Assembly (NCBI GenBank): GCA_017467085.1
Contig: JAFTSW010000059.1
Span: forward strand, 1,604 to 65,603
Source of the DNA: Clostridia bacterium
GTDB lineage: Bacteria > Bacillota > Clostridia > Oscillospirales > CAG-272
Reading direction: 5' to 3'
DNA length: 64,000 nt
Shown here: one piece after another, positions 18,137 to 25,813 of the stretch
Layout of the letters: each line of letters starts with the position of its first letter
How positions within the stretch are numbered: position 1 is the stretch's first letter
The notes under the pieces: model-generated
The model's input: the letters and a program-made list of their open reading frames with translations, nothing else
Database searches by the model: none
Told to the model about the DNA's origin: nothing
Made by a program: the position numbers and the translations under genes

Positions 18137-19204
18137 TTAGGTATTCAGCTTATCGGCGGTTTCCTGGCGCAGAAGCGCATCAATCATCTCGTCTAAATCG
18201 CCGTTCATAAATTTTTCGATGGTGAAAAGGGAAAGCCCGATGCGATGATCCGTTACTCTTCCCTGCGGAAAGTTATAGGTACGGATTTTCTCGGACCTAT
18301 CTCCCGTTCCAACCTGGCTTTTGCGCTCGTTGGCAACGGAATCGCTCTGCTCCTTTTCCTTGATTTGATAGAGCTTAGCGCGCAAAAGCTTCATTGCCTT
18401 ATCGCGGTTCTTGAACTGGCTTCTTTCCTCCTGGCATTCCACCACAATTCCCGTGGGAATATGGGTTAAGCGGACGGCAGATTCCGTTTTATTGATGTGC
18501 TGACCGCCAGCCCCACTGGATTTGCAGGTTTCCATTACCACGTCCGCAGGGTTGATAACGATTTCAATGTCCTCTACAACGGGCAAAACTGCCACGGTAG
18601 CGGTTGAGGTCTGTATTCTTCCCTGCGACTCGGTTTCGGGAACCCGTTGCACACGGTGAACGCCGCTTTCGTATTTGAAACGGGAATACACGGAAGCGCC
18701 GGAAATCTGGACGTCAATTTCCTTATATCCGCCAAGCTCGGTTTCGTTGACGGAAATCAGCTCGCACTTGAAGCCGTGAGCGGTGGCGTACATACTGTAC
18801 ATACGGTAAAGGTCAGCCGCAAAGAGCGCCGCCTCCTCGCCACCCGCACAGCCGCGGATTTCTAAAATAATATCCTTATCGTCATTCTTGTCGGGCGGCA
18901 CCAATAGCACCAAAAGCTTGTCCCACAAGGCTTCTGCCTTCTTTTTTTGCAGAGAAATCTCTTCCTTTGCCAAAAGGCGAAACTCCTCATCCGTTTCCGA
19001 CTCGTAGAGCAAGCGGGCATCCTTCTCTGCCTTTTCGGCGTCGGTATACGCGCGGTAGCACTCTATAAGAGGGCAAAGACGGTTGTACTCCTTCATCAGC
19101 TCCCGATAGGCGTCTCCGTTGTAGTCCAGGTTGCCCGATGCCAAGAGCGCCTCTATTTCCGCGAAGCGCTCCTCGGCATTTTGCAGCTTCTCAGCAATCG
19201 CCAT
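18137..19204 (-). CDS. prfA: peptide chain release factor 1
   Basis: Starts at ATG 19204 (MAIAEKLQNAEERFAEIE). Has the GGQ motif SGAGGQHINKTESAVRLTHIPTG. The PxT tripeptide region was not checked residue by residue. Confidence 0.95.
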   Translation of the reverse strand: MAIAEKLQNAEERFAEIEALLASGNLDYNGDAYRELMKEYNRLCPLIECYRAYTDAEKAEKDARLLYESETDEEFRLLAKEEISLQKKKAEALWDKLLVLLVPPDKNDDKDIILEIRGCAGGEEAALFAADLYRMYSMYATAHGFKCELISVNETELGGYKEIDVQISGASVYSRFKYESGVHRVQRVPETESQGRIQTSTATVAVLPVVEDIEIVINPADVVMETCKSSGAGGQHINKTESAVRLTHIPTGIVVECQEERSQFKNRDKAMKLLRAKLYQIKEKEQSDSVANERKSQVGTGDRSEKIRTYNFPQGRVTDHRIGLSLFTIEKFMNGDLDEMIDALLRQETADKLNT

Positions 19205-19205
19205 A

Positions 19206-20606
19206 TCAATACCGACAGAACGCCGCAAAGGCGCGATACAAGGCATACAGGTCTGCCTTGGAAACAACCTCGTAGGGAGCGTGCATCGAAATAACGGGAA
19301 CGCCCATATCCACGGTATCAATGTTCAGATTGGCAATATATTTGGCAACGGTGCCACCGCCGCCGATATCCACCTTGCCAAGCTCGGCAGTCTGCCAAAC
19401 GATACCGTCCTTGTCAAACATACGGCGAATCTCGCCGATAAACTCGGCAGAAGCATCGTTGGTGGAGGATTTTCCACCGGAGCCCGTAAATTTGGACATA
19501 ACGGCACCGCAGGAAATGATAGCGGCATTCTTTCTCTCAAAGACCTCAGCGAAGTTGGGGTCGAATGCGGCGTTTACGTCTGCGGAGAGGCACTTGGAGG
19601 CGGCACGGACAGCGGCGCCGGAAACGCCGTCGCAGGCTGCCATATCCTCAATGATATCCAGAAGCAGGCGGCACTGCATACCCGTATTGCCCTCGCTACC
19701 CGTTTCCTCCTTGTCGGCAAGAATGGTCAGAATGGTATGAGTCTTGTCCTCGTCCTCAATGGTGGCGGTCAAGGCAGGATATGCGCAAACACGGTCATCG
19801 TGACCGTAAGCACCGATAAAGGCTCTGTCAAAGCCCACGTCACGCGCCTTGAAGGCAGGCACCACGCAAAGTTCGGCAGATTGGAAATCTCTTTCCTTAA
19901 TCTGATACTTCTCGAACAGAAGCTCTAATACGTGCTGCTTGATTTTATCGCTGACGTCCTCGCTCTTGCAAGGAATACCGCCAATTAAAATATTCAGAGA
20001 TTCGCCGCTGACGGCGCTTGCCATAGGCTTGGTTGCCTGCTCTCTCGCTAAGTGAGGCAGAAGGTCATTGATATAGAATACAGGCTCACTATCCTCCTCG
20101 CCCAGGCAGATGGAAACAACCTCGCCGCTTTCCAAAACCACAGAGCCGTGAATAGCCAAGGGAATGGCAAGCCACTGGTATTTGCGAAGGCCGCCGTAAT
20201 AATGGGTCTTGAAGAAGGCCATCTGGCTATCCTCATAGAGGGGATTTTGCTTCAAATCGATACGGGGAGAGTCAATATGGGCGGCAAGAATACGGATGCC
20301 GTCCTTATCCAAGGGGGCGGTTCCCTTTCTAATCAGGAAAAGGTTTTTGCCACGGTTGTTATAATAACGAAGAGCGCCTGCTTCCAGCTTTTCGCCAAAG
20401 GTATAGGGGGTATAGCCGGCAGCCTCTGCCATTTTCACGCCCTCACTGACGGCTTCTCTTTCGGTTTTCGCCTTGTCTAAAAATGCGGCGTAGGAGGTAG
20501 CATAGGCAAAAATTGCCTTCATCGTATCCTCGTCTGCCGTTTCATAAAAGGATTTTTTCTGATAGGTCAGCTCTTCTGCCTGGTTATTCGTTTGCTTTTC
20601 TTCCAT
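19206..20606 (-). CDS. M18-family aminopeptidase
   Basis: 466 aa. ILAAHIDSPRIDLKQNP, FKTHYYGG, DKEETGSEG, SMHAPYE blocks are typical of M18 aminopeptidases. Its stop lies 1 nt from the prfA start. Confidence 0.85.
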   Translation of the reverse strand: MEEKQTNNQAEELTYQKKSFYETADEDTMKAIFAYATSYAAFLDKAKTEREAVSEGVKMAEAAGYTPYTFGEKLEAGALRYYNNRGKNLFLIRKGTAPLDKDGIRILAAHIDSPRIDLKQNPLYEDSQMAFFKTHYYGGLRKYQWLAIPLAIHGSVVLESGEVVSICLGEEDSEPVFYINDLLPHLAREQATKPMASAVSGESLNILIGGIPCKSEDVSDKIKQHVLELLFEKYQIKERDFQSAELCVVPAFKARDVGFDRAFIGAYGHDDRVCAYPALTATIEDEDKTHTILTILADKEETGSEGNTGMQCRLLLDIIEDMAACDGVSGAAVRAASKCLSADVNAAFDPNFAEVFERKNAAIISCGAVMSKFTGSGGKSSTNDASAEFIGEIRRMFDKDGIVWQTAELGKVDIGGGGTVAKYIANLNIDTVDMGVPVISMHAPYEVVSKADLYALYRAFAAFCRY

Positions 20607-20645
20607 TTTGATTGCCTTTCGTTATTTTATAAAATTGCTTTTGCT

Positions 20646-21155
20646 TTATGAAAAACGGTTTTGATACAAGCGCATATACTCCCGATAGGCGCGGTTTACC
20701 AAAATCACGTACTGCCGTGTTTCGGTATAGGGGATAGAGTCAAGCGTCGGGTCGCTCTGGAGCCACCCTGCCACCGTCCCGGGACCTGCGTTATAGGCGG
20801 CAAAGGCTATTCGCCAATCGCCAAAGCGCTTATATAGCTTGGATAAATAATAGGTGCCCGCGCGGATGTTCACGGCAGGCGATGCCAAGCCGTCAGGAGG
20901 TAAAGACAGTTCCTCTTGGATTTCCCGATAGGTAGCAGGCAGAATTTGCATCAGCCCAACGGCACCTTTGGGAGAAACCGCATTTTTGCGAAATCCGCTT
21001 TCTGTTTTGATAACGGCGTAAATAATATAGGCGGGAACGTCAAAATCGGCAGAGGCAGATGAAACCTCCTCCCAAAACACGATAGGATGGGACCAGCAAG
21101 GAAAGATAAAAAGGATAAGCACACAGATGACCAAAAGCACAGCGAGCAGCTTCAA
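20646..21155 (-). CDS. lytic transglycosylase (SLT domain) with N-terminal membrane anchor
   Basis: ESGFRKNAVSPKGAVGLMQILPATY and AYNAGPG motifs. Confidence 0.85.
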   Translation of the reverse strand: MKLLAVLLVICVLILFIFPCWSHPIVFWEEVSSASADFDVPAYIIYAVIKTESGFRKNAVSPKGAVGLMQILPATYREIQEELSLPPDGLASPAVNIRAGTYYLSKLYKRFGDWRIAFAAYNAGPGTVAGWLQSDPTLDSIPYTETRQYVILVNRAYREYMRLYQNRFS

Positions 21156-21211
21156 GGAAAATGCAACGGTATTTTTGGCTTTTATGGTGATGCCTCCGAT
21201 TCTGCCATTGT

Positions 21212-21829
21212 TTATGGCTGGCTTTTTATAATATTTTGATGCCAGAACAGGGTTGCCTTTTCAATGAGGTCATCAAGTGAACCGTCGTTTACAATGCAAA
21301 AATCCGCTTGCGTCTGATAGAAATCGTCCGTTGGCTGTGCCGCAAGACGCGCCTCGGCGGCAGATGCGGCGAGGCCGTCCCGTTCTATAATACGGGAAAG
21401 GCGCACCGCCCTTGGTGCCAGAACGGCAAGGGTAACGTCGCACTCGGTATGAAAACGGGATTCAAATAGCAGAGGCGCATCGACCACCGCCGCTATTCTT
21501 CCCTTTTCAGCCTCCAAGCGCAAAAGACGCCTGGTTTCCGCCAATATATGGCGGTGGGTAATGTCATTCAGCGAAGCAAGCCGCACTTTTTCCTCCGCAC
21601 CGCCGCAAAAAACCTTGGCGGCCAAAAGCGGACGGCAAACGGCGCCTTTCTCGGTTAAAATATCAGCCCCGAAGCGCTCCTTTAATTCCTCTACACAGGG
21701 CGAGGGCTGGGAAATGATGGCGTGATACAATGCATCCGTATCAATGCAATAGGCGCCAAGCGCGGCAAATGCCTTGGAAACAACGCCTTTTCCGCTACCG
21801 CTTCCGCCTGTCAGACCGATTATCTGCAT
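21212..21829 (-). CDS. coaE: dephospho-CoA kinase
   Basis: MQIIGLTGGSGSGKG P-loop, length 205 aa, DAPLLFES block. Confidence 0.9.
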   Translation of the reverse strand: MQIIGLTGGSGSGKGVVSKAFAALGAYCIDTDALYHAIISQPSPCVEELKERFGADILTEKGAVCRPLLAAKVFCGGAEEKVRLASLNDITHRHILAETRRLLRLEAEKGRIAAVVDAPLLFESRFHTECDVTLAVLAPRAVRLSRIIERDGLAASAAEARLAAQPTDDFYQTQADFCIVNDGSLDDLIEKATLFWHQNIIKSQP

Positions 21830-22114
21830 CCTTTTCCCTTCTTTCTGCTATAAGAGGCTCAAAAGGGTTTCTTGCAGAAACACCTCTCTTTCTATATTGT
21901 AACATTTTTCCTTTTAATTGTCAATTCAAAATACGCTTCTTTTTCTTTTTTTATGTGTCCTTTTTCGGCAAAATACACGAAAAGAGCGAAACCAGGTCAA
22001 TGGAATTCCCTATTCTTCATTATGCGAAGAACAAAGTCGCTTTTATACCCACTTTCGTCAAAACCGCAAGAAAAAGACAGGCAGGCAACTTTTAATACCT
22101 TTCGTTCTTTTGTG

Positions 22115-22143
22115 TTGACAAAAAGATAAAACGATGGTATAAT
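22115..22143 (+). promoter_or_regulatory. near-consensus sigma-A promoter (TTGACA-17-TGgTATAAT) of the carboxyltransferase operon
   Basis: TTGACA at 22115-22120, 17-nt spacer, TGgTATAAT at 22135-22143. The predicted TSS (about 22150) lies after the ORF-track ATG at 22147. Confidence 0.7.
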
Positions 22144-22179
22144 ACTATGAGAATGAAGACTTTCGAAAGGAGAATCAGC

Positions 22180-23649
22180 TTGAAAGATTCGAATTCTGTT
22201 TTCAATACGTCTTTTCCGATGGACAATCCGTCTGTGCGTCCCCTTCCCTCCGCCGAGGAGCTGAAGGAAGCTTTGGCGGCATCCGAAAAGTCGGACACCC
22301 GTCAGGTGCTGACGGCTCTTTTTGACGAAAACACCTTTGTTGAGCTTGGTGTATATATGAAAAAGAGCTTTTCCGAATACGCATACACGGGAGAAACCAA
22401 CGATTTTGAAGGGGTTATTTGCGGCTATGGCGCCATCGACGGTCAGCTGGTGTACGCCTTTGCCCAGGATATTTCCCGTATGAACGGCGCTATGGACGAT
22501 ACCCACGCCAATAAAATCGTATCCCTTTACAAGATGGCGATGCGCAATGCCGCGCCCGTGGTCGCCGTTTTCAACAGCGCAGGGGCAGACATTTACGAGG
22601 GCGTCAGCTCTCTTGCCGCCTACGGTAAGGTAATGCGCGCCGTGGCAGAGGCCTCCGGCTTTATTCCCCAGATTGCCATTGTTTCGGGCGATTGCACGGG
22701 AATTGCTTCCCCTCTCGCCGCCTGCTTTGACTTTATCGTGGCAGTTGAGGGCGCCTCCTTCTACGTGCGTTCTCCCGAATTCAGCGGAACCAACGAAGCA
22801 AACGAAACGGTAGCCGCCTTGGTTGCCAAGGACGGTGCCGCGGCTGCTGCCGAGGTTAGAACCCTTCTCTCCTATATTCCTGCCAACGCCGAGGAGGGCG
22901 TTCGCCCCGGAAGATGCGCTGACAGCTTGAATCGCTTGCTCGGCGACCAGAACTTCGGACAGGATTTGCACAATATGCTGGCAGTCCTGGCGGATAACGG
23001 CATTTACAAGGAAATTTATCCCGAAACTGCTCCCTCCTTTATGACTGCCTTTACCTGTATTGGCGGCGTAAGATGCGCCGTTTGCGGCAATACCGTTCAG
23101 GACGGAACGGCTATGCTGAGCGGTATGGAGGCGCGTAAGGCTGCTCGCTTTGTTTCCTTCTGTGACGCATTTTCTATCCCCTTGATTACCATCGTCGATA
23201 CGGCAGGCTTTGCCTTCTGCAAAAAGAAGGAAAACACCGCTTTCGTACTTTCTCTCTCCTCCCTTGCCTTTGCTTACGCCAAGTCGCAGATGCCGAAAAT
23301 CAGCGTTATTGTAGGGCGCGCTATTGGCGGGGCCTACACCCTTCTTGGCTCTAAGGCGCTTTGCGCGGACGTTGCTTACGCCCTGGCAGATACCGAAATC
23401 GGCGCTCTTTCTGCCGATGCCGCCGTTGCGTTTGCCTGGAATGACCGTGTCACGCTGGACAGAAGTCGCGAAAGCTTGGAGGAGGAATGGAAGGCGACCC
23501 TCGCCTCTCCCGTTGCTGCCGCCTGCAAGGGTGAAATTGATGACATTATCACCGTATCCGAAATGCGTCAGCGCATTTGCTCGGCGCTTCTGATGCTCGC
23601 CGCCAAGGGCACCGTATCCAAAAAGCGGCACAGCATTTTGCCGCTGTAA
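22180..23649 (+). CDS. acyl-CoA carboxyltransferase, 12S / MmdA / PccB family (divergent)
   Basis: Carboxyl_trans blocks: GVICGYGAIDGQLVYAFAQD, NSAGADIYEG, ARKAARFVSFCDAFSIPLITIVDTAGF, GRAIGGAYTLLGS. The proposed TTG start at 22180 is 7 nt after AAGGAG. The start is uncertain (alternatives 22147 and 22219). Confidence 0.85.
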   Translation: MKDSNSVFNTSFPMDNPSVRPLPSAEELKEALAASEKSDTRQVLTALFDENTFVELGVYMKKSFSEYAYTGETNDFEGVICGYGAIDGQLVYAFAQDISRMNGAMDDTHANKIVSLYKMAMRNAAPVVAVFNSAGADIYEGVSSLAAYGKVMRAVAEASGFIPQIAIVSGDCTGIASPLAACFDFIVAVEGASFYVRSPEFSGTNEANETVAALVAKDGAAAAAEVRTLLSYIPANAEEGVRPGRCADSLNRLLGDQNFGQDLHNMLAVLADNGIYKEIYPETAPSFMTAFTCIGGVRCAVCGNTVQDGTAMLSGMEARKAARFVSFCDAFSIPLITIVDTAGFAFCKKKENTAFVLSLSSLAFAYAKSQMPKISVIVGRAIGGAYTLLGSKALCADVAYALADTEIGALSADAAVAFAWNDRVTLDRSRESLEEEWKATLASPVAAACKGEIDDIITVSEMRQRICSALLMLAAKGTVSKKRHSILPL

Positions 23650-23659
23650 GGAGGACGCT

Positions 23660-23950
23660 ATGGGGTTTATTCAAAGCAATTTACCGTGGCTCATCGTGTG
23701 CTTCATTCTGCTTGCTCTGTTCTTGACCTTCTTCATTCTGTATATGCATTCTTACTTGCAAATGCGTAGAAAAAAGAAGGCAGAAGGAGAAATCAAGCAT
23801 CTGCACATTGATTCTCATGACGAAAACGAGCTTCCGGAGGACGTGCTGGTGGCACTGCTCACCGCCGCCGTTGCCTACATTTACGGCAAGAAAAAGACGA
23901 AATTCCGTGTTGTTTCCTTCCGCCACGTTTCTTCCAAGAACGGGCAATAA
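23660..23950 (+). CDS. OadG-family (decarboxylase gamma-subunit-like) small membrane protein
   Basis: 96 aa. Single N-terminal TM segment (LPWLIVCFILLALFLTFFILY), and a C-terminal PEDVLVALLTAAVAYIYG...FRVVSFRHV typical of OadG/MmdD-type anchors. RBS AAGGAGG. Confidence 0.7.
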   Translation: MGFIQSNLPWLIVCFILLALFLTFFILYMHSYLQMRRKKKAEGEIKHLHIDSHDENELPEDVLVALLTAAVAYIYGKKKTKFRVVSFRHVSSKNGQ

Positions 23951-23985
23951 TCGCATATCTTTTGGATTAGAAAGGATGTATTCTT

Positions 23986-24342
23986 ATGAAAAAGTTTAAT
24001 ATTACGGTGCTTGGTAAGACATACGAGGTTTTGGTGGAGGATATGGGCGACGTGATTGCCGATGCTCCCTCTACCCTTCCTACCTCCGCTTATACCACGG
24101 CTGACGTTATTCCCGCAGAGCCCGAAAAGGAGCGCCAGATTGCCTCCCCTGTCAGCGGTATCATCCGTGAAATTCTGGTTGAGGTCGGCATTAAGGTAGA
24201 GCAAGGCACGCCCCTTTGCATTTTGGAGGCAATGGAAATCCAGAACACCATCCCTGCGCCCGAGGACGGCATTGTTTCTCAAATTTTCGTACAAGAAGGC
24301 TCCGCTGTGGAGGCAGGAACAGTATTGATTACCTTACATTGA
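23986..24342 (+). CDS. biotinyl/lipoyl-domain protein, 1.3S / MmdC-like, lacking the biotinyl-lysine
   Basis: MKKFNITVLGKTYEVLVED N-terminus and the C-terminal hairpin PLCILEAMEIQNTIPAPEDGIV align with 1.3S (VLVLEAMKMETEINAPTDGKV). Glu84 (GAA at 24235-24237) replaces the Lys. Confidence 0.85.
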   Translation: MKKFNITVLGKTYEVLVEDMGDVIADAPSTLPTSAYTTADVIPAEPEKERQIASPVSGIIREILVEVGIKVEQGTPLCILEAMEIQNTIPAPEDGIVSQIFVQEGSAVEAGTVLITLH

Positions 24343-24353
24343 GGTAGGTTTTT

Positions 24354-25757
24354 ATGCCAAGATTAAAAATAACCGAAACGGTTCTTCGCGGCGCGCAGGA
24401 ATCCTTAGCCAATGCCCGTATGACAACGGCTGAAATGGTGCCCATTTTGCCTATTCTGGATAAGGTGGGCTATCATTCCTTAGATGCCTGGGGCGGTGCT
24501 ACCTTTGACACCTGCCTGCGTTACCTGAACGAGGACCCCTGGAAAAGACTGCGGATTATCCGTGCCAACGTCCGAAACACCAAGCTGATGATGGTGCTTG
24601 GCGGACAGTGCCTCTTGGGATATTCCCATTATCCCGACGATATCGTGCAGTTCTTCGTGCAAAAATCCATTGCCAACGGCATTGATATTTTGCGTATGTA
24701 TGACCCTTTGAACGACGTGCGAAACCTGGAGGTTCCCATTCGTGCGGCGAAGCGGGAAAAGGCAACCGTGCAAGGCACCATTTGCTGCACGGGCGAGAAT
24801 GCCGACAATGGCAAGTATTACCTGGATTATGCCAAGAGGCTCTTGGATTTGGGGGCAGACTCTATTTGTATCCAGGATACCGCAGGGCTTTTGCGCCCGT
24901 ACAGCGCCTATCAGATTATTAAAACACTGAAGGCGTATGATCCCAATATACAAATTCAGCTTAGCACCCACTATACCTCGGGATTGGCTTCTATGACCGT
25001 TCTAAAGGCGGTGGAGGCTGGGCTTGATATCGTGGATACCGCCATCTCCCCCTTCTCTCTCGGTGCTTCTCAGCTTTCTACCGAAACGATTTTGTCCACA
25101 CTGCGTAAAACGCCCTATGAAACCGAGCTTGATACCTACGCCTTGAACCAGGCGGCTGAATACTTCACCAGCATTAAGCTCCGCTATTTGCGTACAGGAC
25201 AGATGAATGAACGCATTTTTGATACAAACGTTTCCGCCTTGGAAACGGGTGTTTCAGGTGAAATGCAGCATCACGTACAAAAACGCCTTCGCCAAGCCAA
25301 AAAGGAAAGCCGCTTTGAGGAGGTTATGGAGGAAATTCCTCGGGTTTTGGCAGACGCGGGACACGTTCCCTTGGTTTCCCCTATATACGAGATTATCGGC
25401 ACGCAAGCCATCATCAACGTGTTGACAGGTGAGCGCTACAAGGTCGTATCGACCGATTTCCGCGAGTTAATCCGCGGCAGCTACGGCACGCTTCCCTCTC
25501 CCATCAGCCGCGATTTCCAAAGGAAAATCGTGAAGGACGGGCAGATTGTCACGGAGCGCCCTGCCCTTCAGCTGGCGCCTGCCGTTGAAAAATACCGTAT
25601 ACAGGCCGCCCCTTATGCCGAGCAGGAGGAGGACCTTCTCTCCTTGGCACTTTTTGAGCAAAGCGCCACCCAGTTCTTTGAATGGCGCAAAAAGCAACGC
25701 TATAATCTGGACGGACGGGGACGGGTTTCCTCTAAATCCGCCGTTCATCCCATATAA
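24354..25757 (+). CDS. 5S / OadA-type (HMGL-like TIM barrel + PYC_OADA) carboxyltransferase homologue, metal-site degenerate
   Basis: WGGATFDTCLRYLNEDPWKRLR, LLGYSHY, EIPRVLADAGHVPLVSPIYEIIGTQAIINVLTGERYK match the family. The canonical motifs read LRGAQES, ICIQDT and LSTHYTSG instead of LRDAHQS, (A/L)KDM and LHCH. Confidence 0.85.
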   Translation: MPRLKITETVLRGAQESLANARMTTAEMVPILPILDKVGYHSLDAWGGATFDTCLRYLNEDPWKRLRIIRANVRNTKLMMVLGGQCLLGYSHYPDDIVQFFVQKSIANGIDILRMYDPLNDVRNLEVPIRAAKREKATVQGTICCTGENADNGKYYLDYAKRLLDLGADSICIQDTAGLLRPYSAYQIIKTLKAYDPNIQIQLSTHYTSGLASMTVLKAVEAGLDIVDTAISPFSLGASQLSTETILSTLRKTPYETELDTYALNQAAEYFTSIKLRYLRTGQMNERIFDTNVSALETGVSGEMQHHVQKRLRQAKKESRFEEVMEEIPRVLADAGHVPLVSPIYEIIGTQAIINVLTGERYKVVSTDFRELIRGSYGTLPSPISRDFQRKIVKDGQIVTERPALQLAPAVEKYRIQAAPYAEQEEDLLSLALFEQSATQFFEWRKKQRYNLDGRGRVSSKSAVHPI

Positions 25758-25762
25758 CAAAA

Positions 25763-25805
25763 AAGACAGAAAAACGGTTTTTTTCCGTATTTTCTGTCTT
25801 TTCTT
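25763..25805. terminator. bidirectional terminator between convergent operons
   Basis: AAGACAGAAAAACGG-ttttttt-CCGTATTTTCTGTCTT flanked by A/T runs. Confidence 0.7.
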
Positions 25806-25813
25806 TTGCCCTT

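Noticed and set aside
21872-22129. Short overlapping ORFs (66-121 aa) in the coaE / carboxyltransferase intergenic region.
   Set aside because: The translations are AT-rich and low-complexity, with no RBS. The region is better explained as divergent promoter DNA.
21997-23631. 544-aa ORF antisense to the 12S-like carboxyltransferase.
   Set aside because: The opposite strand carries clear carboxyl_trans family blocks. The antisense translation is Gly/Arg/Ala-rich and featureless.
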